From positions 1,639 through 65,638 of the forward strand of contig DAOUDZ010000015.1 in the NCBI GenBank assembly GCA_034430575.1: a stretch of DNA of 64,000 bases. The letters are read 5' to 3'. The notes under the pieces are model-generated. The model worked only from the letters and a program-made list of their open reading frames with translations. It made no database searches and was not told the origin of the DNA. Source of the DNA: Dehalococcoidales bacterium. Lineage in GTDB: Bacteria; Chloroflexota; Dehalococcoidia; Dehalococcoidales; RBG-16-60-22. Shown piece after piece: positions 25,749 to 35,368 of this stretch. Both the position numbers and the translations under genes were made by a program. Each line of letters opens with the position of its first letter. Position 1 is the first letter of the stretch.

Positions 25749-27659
25749 TCATCTCTGTGTCGTCCTGGCTTCACCTTCAACCTTTAAAGATAAATCCGAG
25801 ACGGAATCAGGAAATAATTTTAAAATCTGCTTTTCTATTCCCCCGGCATCCAGACCGCACTTGGAGCGTAAAATGGCCTGGGTGCCATGCTCGACGAACT
25901 CATCCGGAATACCGATATTCTTTACCTGTACATTGTATTGACCGGACTCCTGCAATAATCTATTAACACTGCTGCCGAAGCCGCCGGTCAGCACGTTCTC
26001 TTCCACCGTGACGACACGCCTGATACGACCGGACAGGTCGTTTATTAGCGACGCATCCAGCGGCTTGGCAAAGCGTGTATCTATCACAGCAGCCTCGATG
26101 CCCTTCGCCGCCAGTTTATCGGCTGTATCCAGGGATGGCGCCACCGAAGCACCCAAGGCAAAGATAGCCACATCTTCCCCATACCGGAGCACTTCACCAC
26201 TGCCTATAGAGATTTCATGTAATTTTGCATCCAGCGTCACGCCCAGTCCGGCACCGCGGGGATACCGTACCGCCATGGGACGCCCCGCCCTTACCGCGGT
26301 ATACAACAGGTGCTGAAGCTCGTTTTCATCCCTGGGAGCCGCGACCGTGAGGTCGGGAATCAGGGTGAGGTAAGAGATATCGAAGGCACCCTGGTGCGTT
26401 TTGCCGTCATCGCCGACGATTCCTCCCCGGTCAATGGCAAAGATGACGGGCAGGTTCTGAAGACAAACGTCATGGATTACCTGGTCGAAGGCCCGCTGCA
26501 GGAAGGTCGAGTATATCGCCACGACCGGTATAAAGCCCTGCGTCGCCATGCCGGCGGCGAAAGTAACGGCATGTTGTTCGCAGATACCCACATCAAAGAC
26601 ACGGCCCGGGAACTCGGCCTCAACGATGTTCAGACAATTCCCTTCGGGCATGGCCGGCGTAACTATCACCAGCCTGGGCTCTTCGCGGGCCAGCCGCAGC
26701 ATTGTCTGGGCAAAGACCTCGCTGTAGGTCGTCACTTCCCTTTTATCACCACCTTTAGCGGGAACGCCATGGAAGTAAACGGCATTACTTTCGGCGGGAC
26801 TATATCCCTTACCTTTTGTGGTTACCACGTGGACGAGAGTCGGCTTATTTGCAGAGTCCCTTACCTGGGTAAGAACGGTATCAAGGTCATGAATATTATG
26901 CCCGTCAATCGGCCCGATATAGGTAAAGCCAAGCTCCTCCCAGATGGGCGTCGGCATTAGAAATTCCTTGAACCTGTCTTCCAGCTTTTGACCAAGTCGC
27001 CACAGGTCCTCACCTTTGGGAAGAGAAGTGATTATCTTCTTGCCGCTTTTCTTTGCCTTGCGTAAACGCTGGTCAAACCGCACCCGGCTTAACAATTTAG
27101 CCAGGGCTCCTACGGTAGGTGAAATGGACATGCCGTTATCATTGAGAATCACGATAAGCCTGGAACCGAGGTGCCCTGCATGGTTAAGCGCCTCAAAAGC
27201 CATGCCCGCCGTAATAGCTCCATCACCGATAACCGCCACGACATGATAATCGTCACCGGCGAGGTCTCGTGCGATGACCATGCCCAGGGCGGCCGAAATC
27301 GAGGTGCTGGCATGGCCGGCGCCAAAGGGGTCATGCTCGCTTTCATCACGGCAGGTGTAGCCGGATAACCCGCCATATTGACGCAGGGAATCGAACTCGC
27401 GACGGCGTCCGGTAAGCAGTTTGTGCACATAGCTCTGATGACCTACATCCCAGATTATTTTATCCGTGGGACTATTGAAGACACGATGCAGAGCTATGGT
27501 AAGCTCGACGACGCCAAGGTTTGAGGCCAGATGCCCGCCGGTATTGGTTACCGTGGTAATGACTTCATGCCTAAGCTCGGCAGCCAGTTCTTCCAGTTCC
27601 GCCAGCGATAATCCTTTAAGAGCGGCGGGGCTATCGATTTTATCCAGCAATCTCGGCAT
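25749..27659 (-). CDS. dxs: 1-deoxy-D-xylulose-5-phosphate synthase
   Basis: GGHLASNLGVVELT, DVGHQSY, the GDG ThDP motif (AVIGDGAITAGMA), and 636 aa length. Confidence 0.95.
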   Translation of the reverse strand: MPRLLDKIDSPAALKGLSLAELEELAAELRHEVITTVTNTGGHLASNLGVVELTIALHRVFNSPTDKIIWDVGHQSYVHKLLTGRRREFDSLRQYGGLSGYTCRDESEHDPFGAGHASTSISAALGMVIARDLAGDDYHVVAVIGDGAITAGMAFEALNHAGHLGSRLIVILNDNGMSISPTVGALAKLLSRVRFDQRLRKAKKSGKKIITSLPKGEDLWRLGQKLEDRFKEFLMPTPIWEELGFTYIGPIDGHNIHDLDTVLTQVRDSANKPTLVHVVTTKGKGYSPAESNAVYFHGVPAKGGDKREVTTYSEVFAQTMLRLAREEPRLVIVTPAMPEGNCLNIVEAEFPGRVFDVGICEQHAVTFAAGMATQGFIPVVAIYSTFLQRAFDQVIHDVCLQNLPVIFAIDRGGIVGDDGKTHQGAFDISYLTLIPDLTVAAPRDENELQHLLYTAVRAGRPMAVRYPRGAGLGVTLDAKLHEISIGSGEVLRYGEDVAIFALGASVAPSLDTADKLAAKGIEAAVIDTRFAKPLDASLINDLSGRIRRVVTVEENVLTGGFGSSVNRLLQESGQYNVQVKNIGIPDEFVEHGTQAILRSKCGLDAGGIEKQILKLFPDSVSDLSLKVEGEARTTQR

Positions 27660-27798
27660 AGCCTTTTAATAGGTAGATAAGGGACACTAACCTAAATACT
27701 ATCAATCTGGACGAGTAATTGTCAAGCTGGTTATCCGTTTGAAGTCGCTTCATCCGGTCAGCTTGACGCTATCGGCATACGTTTGCTACACTCGCAGC

Positions 27799-28434
27799 AT
27801 GACATCTCTCGAACAACAGATACTCGACTTTATAGCGGCCACCTATAACCTGCTCCAATGGCCGGGGGTAGTCATTCTCATGGCTGTCGAAAGCGCCTGT
27901 ATCCCCTTCCCAAGCGAACTTATCATGCCTCTGGCAGGCTGGATGCTCATCAGGGAACAGGGGCTAACCGTTCACCACATTTTTATCGCCGGTGCCTACG
28001 GGGCTCTGGGCAATACTATCGGTTCGGTTATCGCTTATATCGTCGGCATGCGGGCCGGTCGTCCTCTGCTGAATAAATACGGACGTTATATCCTCATATC
28101 GCAGCGTGACCTCGACCTAGCGGATAGGTGGTTTTCAAAAAGCGGTAGCTGGACGGTCTTCATCTCCCGCCTACTGCCGGTAATACGCACGTATATCAGT
28201 CTGCCTGCCGGTATCGCCAGAATGAATATTGTTAAATTCCTGATATATACCTTTACAGGTTCGTTTATATGGAGCGCGGGGCTTGCTTACGGCGGTTACC
28301 GGATGGGAGAACACTGGGAACAACTACGGGACGCCATGCGTCCTTTCGACCCGTTATTTATTGCGATAATAGTGGCTCTTATTGTTTTCTACATTTACAG
28401 GCATGTAAAACACTCGAACAGCAATCAGGCATAA
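27799..28434 (+). CDS. DedA-family membrane protein
   Basis: VESACIPFPSELIMPLAGW and LPVIRTYISLPAG motifs. ATG at 27799; the track start at 27739 is a non-ATG extension. Confidence 0.8.
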   Translation: MTSLEQQILDFIAATYNLLQWPGVVILMAVESACIPFPSELIMPLAGWMLIREQGLTVHHIFIAGAYGALGNTIGSVIAYIVGMRAGRPLLNKYGRYILISQRDLDLADRWFSKSGSWTVFISRLLPVIRTYISLPAGIARMNIVKFLIYTFTGSFIWSAGLAYGGYRMGEHWEQLRDAMRPFDPLFIAIIVALIVFYIYRHVKHSNSNQA

Positions 28435-28501
28435 TGTTCTTGAGAGAACTGTATTGACCTTAGTCTCTATTCGTGTTACATTTTTAATGAAATGCAGTCC
28501 C

Positions 28502-28579
28502 GTCCCTGTAGCTCAGTTAGGATAGAGCAGCTGCCTTCTAAGCAGCGGGTCGTGGGTTCGAATCCCTCCAGGGACGCCA
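28502..28579 (+). tRNA. tRNA-Arg (anticodon TCT), CCA encoded
   Basis: Acceptor stem GTCCCTG/CAGGGAC. Anticodon loop CTTCTAA. T-arm GGTTCGAATCC. Confidence 0.9.
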
Positions 28580-28710
28580 TCTAAGGCTCAAGCTAAGGCT
28601 AAATTAACCCTCCAAAAAGCGGGCAAAATCCTCCGAAAATGCTAAAAAGACCCGCTACTTCGTCAAAAAAGCACGATGAAAAGACCCTTTATCTTTTCAT
28701 CGAAAGAAAG

Positions 28711-28785
28711 ACTATAATGCAACGCGGCCTCCGCCTCCTTGAGTACGGCGATGATTTGTTACTCGGTGTATTTCATGGCTTTCAT
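28711..28785 (-). pseudogene. Relic of an IS3-family transposase OrfA N-terminus
   Basis: The minus strand reads MKAMKYTE*QIIAVLKEAEAA. This matches the characteristic (F/Y)(T/S)EEQIIAxLKEAEAG start of IS3 OrfA, but with TAA in place of a Glu codon. Similarity is lost after about 22 residues. RBS GGAGGA is retained. Confidence 0.5.
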
Positions 28786-28910
28786 GAGTCCTCCTGGTGT
28801 CTTCATTATATTGGAAAGACTTCAAGTCATGATGTAGCGGTTCCGGGGGGCAGAATTTGTAATATGTTGCCGTTTATATTACGCTATTTAACAATACAAA
28901 GGAGGAAATA

Positions 28911-29885
28911 ATGAAAGATTTTGCTGGTAAAATTCTATTTATAACCGGAGGCGCTTCCGGTGCCGGATTCGGTCAGGCAAAGGTGTTTTCAGAAGCAGGC
29001 TGTAAGATTGTGATTGCAGACATTCGTCAGGATCATTTGGACGAGGCAATGGAGTATTTCCGGGATAAGAAGGTCGAAGCTCACGCCATACAACTGGACA
29101 TTACGGACCGCAAGGCATATGCGGCGGCGGCAGACGAGGTAGAAAAGGTATTCGGCGGTCCCCCCCAGCTTCTCTTCAATACCGCGGGGGTGAATACTTT
29201 CGGTCCGGCTGAAGCCTCGACATTTGAAGATTATGATTGGGTTATAGGTGTCTGTCTCGGCGGAGTCATCAACGGTTTGGTGACATTCGTGCCGCGCATG
29301 ATAAAAGCCGGTAAGGGCGGTCATATCGCCACGACTTCCTCAATGGGAGGTTTTATGGCAGCATCCGGGTGTACTCCATACTCGGTTGCCAAGGCCGGAG
29401 TCAACAGTCTCATGGAGTGTTATTACCAGGCGCTTAAGCCTTATAATATAGGCGTATCTGTCCTGTGCCCGGGTAATATCAAATCAAATATAGCTGAAGC
29501 AACTTTTACACGACCAGAGCATTTACAAAATACCGGATATAATGTAAATGAAAAGACAATCGATTTTCTGCGTTCTATTCATGCACAAGGAATCGAACCT
29601 GTGGAGCTGGCACACTTGCTCAAGAGGGGCATTGAGAACGAGCAGCTCTTTATTATCCCGGCCCCGGACCCGGAGAAGATGTTGAGGGATAATTTTGAGC
29701 GGCTCATCAATTATGCCACTCCTGAAGGCATGAAGAGACAGGAAGAGCTGATGAAGAAGCGCATGGAAGAAATGAGGAAACACATGGGCGACAATAATCC
29801 CTTCGGGGGTGCAGCCGAAGCCGGATGGGGGAAAGCCAGGCAGGATATAACATGGGTCAAAGATTCTTTTGGGCCTCCTCAATAG
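28911..29885 (+). CDS. Short-chain dehydrogenase/reductase (SDR) family oxidoreductase
   Basis: ITGGASGAGFG cofactor motif, NTAGV, catalytic Y-x3-K (YSVAKAG). RBS AGGAGG. Confidence 0.85.
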   Translation: MKDFAGKILFITGGASGAGFGQAKVFSEAGCKIVIADIRQDHLDEAMEYFRDKKVEAHAIQLDITDRKAYAAAADEVEKVFGGPPQLLFNTAGVNTFGPAEASTFEDYDWVIGVCLGGVINGLVTFVPRMIKAGKGGHIATTSSMGGFMAASGCTPYSVAKAGVNSLMECYYQALKPYNIGVSVLCPGNIKSNIAEATFTRPEHLQNTGYNVNEKTIDFLRSIHAQGIEPVELAHLLKRGIENEQLFIIPAPDPEKMLRDNFERLINYATPEGMKRQEELMKKRMEEMRKHMGDNNPFGGAAEAGWGKARQDITWVKDSFGPPQ

Positions 29886-29967
29886 AAATGAGGAAATAAT
29901 AGCCACCGATAAAAAACAGACTCGGAATCCTGTCAACCGGGTCCCGCAGGTCGAATGGAGGAATATA

Positions 29968-31689
29968 ATGACAATTGAAGTACGATATTCAGTAATGAGT
30001 CCTGAAGCTGGAGTCCAGAAGAGTACGGGTGGACCGCCGCCGGGTATGGGTGGGCCTCCACCGGGTATGGGTGGACCTGCGCCATCTTCACCTTCTTTTG
30101 CCAAGCGGTTGGATACATTGGAAAACAAAACTGTGTATCTGGTGGATATCGGTTTCGGCGGCGGCTATGAATTCATGCTGCAACTGCAGAAATGGTTTGC
30201 CGAACACATGCCGTCCGTCACCACGATACCAAAACGGAAACCGGGGCATGTGTTCATGGACGATGACAATGACCTCTGGGAGGAAATCAAGGAAAAGGGC
30301 CATGCCGTTGTCCTTGGCGTAGCCGGCTGACCGGGCTGTATTGCAGCGGTCGCTGCAGGTAGTACGAATCTTGAACAGTCCTACGGTATCCCGGTTGCTC
30401 CCGTCTCAGCATACACGATGGAAAGCGTTGCAAAGAGTAACCCGAGAGCCGCTTCTTTAAGTTTCATATATACGCCGTATCCGGTGATAGGTCTGTCTCC
30501 TGAAGTCCTCGATAGATATATCGTAGGCAATGACCCCGATACCGGTAAACCTGTCATCAATGAAATACTTGATGTATTGACCAAACCGATAAGCGAAACA
30601 AAGTTAGAGCCCGAGTCTCCTGTAACTGTAAAAGCCAGCCCTCCCCAGGTACTCCTGGAACCGGATACCGAAGATAATTTACAGCGTCTATTTTATGAAA
30701 AAGGCTGGACAGACGGGTTACCCATCATTCTTCCTACCGAGGAGCGCGTGAAGAAAATGCTTGCGGGCACCAGCGCTGCTCCGGACGAGGTGGTGAGCGA
30801 ATCATTCCGGTTCGATACCGGAGAACTCGTTAAGTACACGGTTTCCAATATCGCGGCCATTGCGGTCATGGCCGGCGCCAGGCCGGAATATTTCCCCGTG
30901 ATACTGGCTATCGCGTCCACCAAACAACCATCACTGATGCCCTCGACAACAGCCTTTGAAGCGATGCTTTTGGTGAACGGACCGATTCGCAACGAGATCG
31001 GTATGAACTCCGGTATTGGCGCGTACAGTGCGGTAAACATGGCAAATTCGGTAATCGGAAGAGCCTGGACATTGATGAGCATTTGCCAGGGATTTGCCAA
31101 GCCTAAAAATACCCTGTGGAGTTCCCAGGGAAATAATCACACTTACAATAACATGTGCGCTGCCGAGAATGAGGAGAGGAGCGTTTGGACGCCTTTCCAT
31201 GTCGGGAAAGGTTTCAAGGCCGAAGAGAGCGTTGTCAGTATCTTCAGGGGATGGTCTTTTCTGAACAGCACCGGCGCAGCTTCCCATCGGTCAGTGGGAG
31301 AGGAATTGAATATCCAGTTAGCGGTGATGCCCCCGCTTAATTCCGCGGCTACCTTAATCATGGATCCGCTGGTGGCCAGAAATTTAAAGGAGAACGAGGG
31401 CTTTACCACCAAGCAGGATTTCTGTCGCTGGATGTCGCAGAACATAAAGATGCCTGCGGGGCAGTACTGGAAAACCGATTATATAGACATGCTGGTGGCA
31501 TCCCAGGCATACAAGGGTGTCGAGCCTTATGCTTCATGGAAAAAGCTCCCGGATAACGAGCTGATAGCTCCCTATCATAATCCGGACAATATCAACATCA
31601 TCGTCGTGGGCGGAGAGGCAAGCCCCTTGTGGAAAGCTGCGGATTACGGCTACGCGGCCAGCGCGTCTATCGACCGGTGGCGCGAATAA
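29968..31689 (+). CDS. Selenocysteine-containing protein (Sec at codon 121, TGA 30328-30330): U-x-x-C redox-type N-terminal module fused to an uncharacterised C-terminal domain of about 430 aa
   Basis: Track ORFs 29869..30330 and 30418..31689 share one frame and are separated only by this TGA. A SECIS-like hairpin lies 11 nt downstream. Read-through gives AVVLGVAG-U-PGC-IAAVAAGS. ATG at 29968 is 6 nt after GGAGGA. Confidence 0.75.
30028..30090 (+). repeat. Three 21-nt in-frame tandem units encoding GGPPPGM-GGPPPGM-GGPAPSS
   Basis: GGTGGACCGCCGCCGGGTATG / GGTGGGCCTCCACCGGGTATG / GGTGGACCTGCGCCATCTTCA. Units 1 and 2 differ only at synonymous positions. Confidence 0.85.
30342..30357 (+). promoter_or_regulatory. 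Bacterial SECIS-like hairpin TGCAGC-GGTC-GCTGCA
   Basis: Perfect 6-bp stem with apical loop GGUC. It begins 11 nt after the UGA, the same geometry as the minimal E. coli fdhF SECIS. Confidence 0.7.
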
Positions 31690-31944
31690 ATCCGATAATG
31701 AATACAGTGACGGATCGTGCGGGCTTCCGGATGAAGTGGCTGATGCTGATTATGATTAGCTTTTTCACGACCTGATTATCGTGCTTTTACTAATCAAAAT
31801 CAGGTACACTACAGGATATTATAGCATATATGCTTATATTATATTTAAGTTAACGAGCTATTATGAGACTGATTACTTATTGAGCTGATACTTAGAGTCC
31901 AGCAACGAGGCTTATACTGGTCCTCGGCAAGCCGTGGTATTCCC

Positions 31945-33405
31945 CTATCTGCTGATAATAACCATGAAAATAAGACCCTGATTGGTCCCGGCATGATGTG
32001 GTCTGTCTATACTGATTATATTCGCTTCGGAAAATCCGCCTGATGTTTCAAGATTGTTTACGAACTGTACAACAAGGGAAGGCTCATTTATGTTCCCCAG
32101 CACAATAATCTGATTGGTACCAATTTCTATTGATTCGAAAGTTAGACCAGCGGGCATAGCCTCTATAATTGAAGAAATATCGCTTACATAATCATTTGAG
32201 CTTAGTATATTCTGATTCTCGTATTTAATTTCCTTAATGTTCGTTTCTATTACCCTGATATCATCCTCGAGTTGATCGGCATTCTCAACCGATTCAAGTA
32301 GTTGATTGAGTTCCAGGTTCGCCTGTGTCATATCCGTTTGCAGTTCCGTAAGACTTGCCTGTACATTGTTCTGTAACTGATAACCGGTTATCAATACACC
32401 TATACCCACGACCAATGTTAATGGCAATAACATTTTTTTAACTGATAGTCTGTTCTTTCTGCTGTTACGTCGCTCTTCAAGGATTTCACCCAGATTGATA
32501 TTGCGATATGGAGCCGCATTTCTATCCATGTCCTTGTTTGGAGTGACGTTCATCAGCACAGAGCCTGTATTAACGGCATACTCATCTAAAGGCAGGGCAG
32601 TTGGAACATTATTTGCCGGAGCTAGTACCTCCACCGGGTGCGTAATTTCCTCCCGTATGATTTCAACCGCCCTTGCATCATTTATTAACTCACCGGTCAG
32701 GAGCACTTTGGTCGTTTCTTGTATCGGATTCTTCGGATTGTTGCTATTATAGAAATCAACCATCTTGGTGAGTTTATCGGTAATTTGCCCGATTTCATCT
32801 TGTAGGTTTGCTTCGGGACCCGGTGAGGGTACGATATGCATCCCCAGAGGCACGCCTTCGACAAGCATTACTATATTAGAATGGCCTGGCTCACAATCTA
32901 CGATGATTGTGTCCTTTTGTTTGGTCAGTCTTGCCAGTGAAAGATGCGGCAGGTCCAGCAAATAGGGTTTAATGCCAGCTTCCGCTAGCGTGCTAATAAG
33001 GGCGTCAATAGGTTGACGTGATACTCCTATAACCAGAATTTGCCATTCGCCTTTCTCTGCCGGGTATGCCTGCCAGGATAGATACATATCTTCAAGAGAA
33101 ATTGGCATTTCCCTTCTGGCTAATCTAAGCGTGGCTTCATTGAGGTCCGAAGGCTTCATTTGGGGTAACGTAAATAATCTGTAGGAAAACGGCAGGCCAT
33201 TGATGCTGCATATCACTTTATCCCTGGGTAGCCGGAGTATTCTAAATACGGATTTTAACTGGTTTGCGATGGCTTCCGGGTCTAAAATATGGCCATTCCT
33301 GATAGAAGCGGCTGGCTGTATATTTTCGCGTTTAAGTACCTTGTTGCCCTTGATTGCAAGGCATTTAATAGCATCCGAGCTAATGTTTAACGTGGTAATT
33401 GTCAT
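31945..33405 (-). CDS. pilM: Type IV pilus assembly protein, PilM (actin-like ATPase fold) fused to a PilN-like TM/coiled-coil part
   Basis: About 300 aa of cytoplasmic PilM-like domain, then TM helix LLPLTLVVGIGVLITGY and a periplasmic-type domain. Position in the cluster also fits. Confidence 0.65.
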   Translation of the reverse strand: MTITTLNISSDAIKCLAIKGNKVLKRENIQPAASIRNGHILDPEAIANQLKSVFRILRLPRDKVICSINGLPFSYRLFTLPQMKPSDLNEATLRLARREMPISLEDMYLSWQAYPAEKGEWQILVIGVSRQPIDALISTLAEAGIKPYLLDLPHLSLARLTKQKDTIIVDCEPGHSNIVMLVEGVPLGMHIVPSPGPEANLQDEIGQITDKLTKMVDFYNSNNPKNPIQETTKVLLTGELINDARAVEIIREEITHPVEVLAPANNVPTALPLDEYAVNTGSVLMNVTPNKDMDRNAAPYRNINLGEILEERRNSRKNRLSVKKMLLPLTLVVGIGVLITGYQLQNNVQASLTELQTDMTQANLELNQLLESVENADQLEDDIRVIETNIKEIKYENQNILSSNDYVSDISSIIEAMPAGLTFESIEIGTNQIIVLGNINEPSLVVQFVNNLETSGGFSEANIISIDRPHHAGTNQGLIFMVIISR

Positions 33406-34049
33406 TATACAGTGTCCTCATTCGCCACCGGAGAGTAGGCGTAAAGAGCAATATTCATGTTGACCGCCACCTGTATATTGTCCTCAAGATTAGAGATATC
33501 AAGTCCGTCCAGTCTCTGAACAGTAAGCTCTGTAATAGTCATTGTTGGGTATTTACTACCCTGCAACTTAGATATAAAATTGGTTGCCTGCTCAAGGCTG
33601 CCTGTGACGGTGCCACTTAATTTCAAGACACGGTAAGATTGGCCGGCATTTTCTGTTACCCACCCTTGTGATATCAGTGGGACAACCTGTACCTGGCACT
33701 CTTCGGCCACATCAATAATATAATCAATCACATCATTTCTGTTTACGGTACCCGGAAAGACATTTTGTACCGCGGCTAATTCAGCCTTAACTGTCTCCAG
33801 TTTTACCTCAAGATTCTGCGGAGGTTGGGGTGTTTCCCCGATTCTCTGGTGGACATGGCTTATTTCATTATTGAGGACATCGATTTGCGCCCGCTCGCCC
33901 AGATGGTCTTTCCATACAACAATATTAGCCACCACGATGATGACAAGCACAATTAATCCAATTGAGGTTATGGAAAACAACTTCTTTTTATTACGATTGG
34001 TTTCCCCTGCCATTATTTTTTCACCATCCGCTTCGTTTAATAATCTCAA
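33405..34049 (-). CDS. PilO-like pilus assembly membrane protein
   Basis: N-terminal TM helix, coiled coil, then a small alpha/beta domain. Overlaps the pilM start by 1 nt. Confidence 0.55.
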   Translation of the reverse strand: MRLLNEADGEKIMAGETNRNKKKLFSITSIGLIVLVIIVVANIVVWKDHLGERAQIDVLNNEISHVHQRIGETPQPPQNLEVKLETVKAELAAVQNVFPGTVNRNDVIDYIIDVAEECQVQVVPLISQGWVTENAGQSYRVLKLSGTVTGSLEQATNFISKLQGSKYPTMTITELTVQRLDGLDISNLEDNIQVAVNMNIALYAYSPVANEDTV

Positions 34050-34057
34050 TCTTATAG

Positions 34058-35362
34058 CTAGATGATATACCAGGAAAAAACGGTAACAATGCCGTCATCG
34101 GTATTTACCGCAGCTTTTATCACGCGGTCACCAGCAGTTACCGTAATGGCGTAGCCGTGCAGACTTTCAATATTAATATTGTCAACATAAAAATAATCAC
34201 CCGCCTGCTCCATATTAGATACAAAACTAATCCAGAAATTATCGGTTAAAGTGTAAGAAGATAAATCTATATCGAAGAAATGGTACTGGCTATCATCACC
34301 GTTAACCCATATATAAACCGTCGTCCAGTTAGTACCGTCGCTGCTTATCCGAGCGCGCGCGTTTCCACTCCCCTCGAACGAGTCAGCCTTAGCCCAGAAC
34401 TTAAGATGGACGACACCTTGCTCCGAGAGGTCGAGCGGCCTTCTGACATCGCCGTTGCTGTCTTGCAGCATCAGGTGATAAGTGCCTTGATAGGGAGCGC
34501 CGGTGTCAGTGATGCTGGAGTTCCCGGTATGGGTCCAGTCACCCAGCCAGCCACTGCCGCCTGTCCATCCCCCGCTCTCAAAATCTTCGGAAGCGATATT
34601 TTTATAGGAACCTACCACCCAGGCAATATCCAGGTCATCGACATAAAAGTAATCGCTGGTATCGCTCATATGGGCGTTAAAAGCTATCCAGAACTGGCTG
34701 GTGAAACTGTAGGAAGTTAAGTCGATATCATAGTAATGGTAGGTATTATCGCTTTCGACGGTGGTCCAGGTGTAGGCTGTCGTCCAGTCGACACCGTTAC
34801 TGCTGACGTCGCAGGTCGCCGTCTCGCCGGTTTCGAAAGAGCGGGCCCTGGCCCGGATGCGGAGTCGAGCGCTGACCTCTTTAGAGAGGTCGACAGACCG
34901 GCTAACGGCAGCGGTGTCAGTTCTTAGCATCATGTGATAAGTTCCTTCATAGGGAGTGCCGGCGTCAGTGATGCTGGAGTTCCCGGTATGGGTCCAGTCA
35001 CCCAGCCAGCCTTCGCCGCCCGTCCAGCCCCCGCTCTCAAAGTCGTCCCAGGCGATGGTTTCCCAGCAATTGCTGACAGTGACATTCGCTCCCAGACCAT
35101 TAATTGATTCATCCAGCGAATAACTCACCATATCACCGGCCGCGGGTATACTGGCGGTGAGTCCCCCGTCAGTCAGATTCCAGATGGCATGTTCGGCACC
35201 GGCGTCACAGGCGTACTGGGAGTGTATCGCCTGCGTGTAGATCCTTGAGCCGATAAGGCTGGTGCCAGTGTGACCCAGGAAAGGCGGTATTATCAGAGCG
35301 CCAGCGAGTATGGCTATCATAACCATGGGCAATGCCTGGCCCTTTTCACTTTTTATCTTCAT
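34058..35362 (-). CDS. PilX-like large minor pilin / tip protein with two tandem beta-sandwich-like repeats of about 153 aa
   Basis: N-terminus KGQALPMVMIAILAGALIIPPFL. Duplicated block DFESGGWTGG(E/S)GWLGDWTHTGNSSITD.G.PY.GTYH.ML. Confidence 0.6.
   Translation of the reverse strand: MKIKSEKGQALPMVMIAILAGALIIPPFLGHTGTSLIGSRIYTQAIHSQYACDAGAEHAIWNLTDGGLTASIPAAGDMVSYSLDESINGLGANVTVSNCWETIAWDDFESGGWTGGEGWLGDWTHTGNSSITDAGTPYEGTYHMMLRTDTAAVSRSVDLSKEVSARLRIRARARSFETGETATCDVSSNGVDWTTAYTWTTVESDNTYHYYDIDLTSYSFTSQFWIAFNAHMSDTSDYFYVDDLDIAWVVGSYKNIASEDFESGGWTGGSGWLGDWTHTGNSSITDTGAPYQGTYHLMLQDSNGDVRRPLDLSEQGVVHLKFWAKADSFEGSGNARARISSDGTNWTTVYIWVNGDDSQYHFFDIDLSSYTLTDNFWISFVSNMEQAGDYFYVDNINIESLHGYAITVTAGDRVIKAAVNTDDGIVTVFSWYII
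34505..34552. repeat. 48-nt exact internal repeat (copy A) inside the PilX-like gene
   Basis: Identical to 34964-35011. The offset is 459 nt, which is 153 codons. Confidence 0.9.
34964..35011. repeat. 48-nt exact internal repeat (copy B) inside the PilX-like gene
   Basis: GTCAGTGATGCTGGAGTTCCCGGTATGGGTCCAGTCACCCAGCCAGCC occurs in both copies. Confidence 0.9.
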
Positions 35363-35368
35363 TTGTTA

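Noticed and set aside
28639-28911. The 90-aa plus-strand ORF between tRNA-Arg and the SDR gene.
   Set aside because: It has no RBS and an odd composition. It also lies antisense to the IS3 OrfA relic, so it is most likely non-coding scar DNA.
29523-30128. A 201-aa minus-strand ORF with PIPGGGPPIPGGG repeats.
   Set aside because: It is the antisense image of the GGPPPGM repeat and of the SDR 3' end. It overlaps two well-supported plus-strand genes.
30328-30330. The TGA could be a genuine stop or a nonsense mutation, giving two separate genes or a pseudogene.
   Set aside because: - The downstream frame continues for 450 codons with no other stop.
- The first ATG after the TGA (30418) has no recognisable RBS.
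- The TGA falls in a U-x-x-C context.
- A hairpin with fdhF-like SECIS geometry lies exactly 11 nt downstream.
- Selenocysteine recoding explains all of this better. It still needs confirmation through the genomic Sec machinery.
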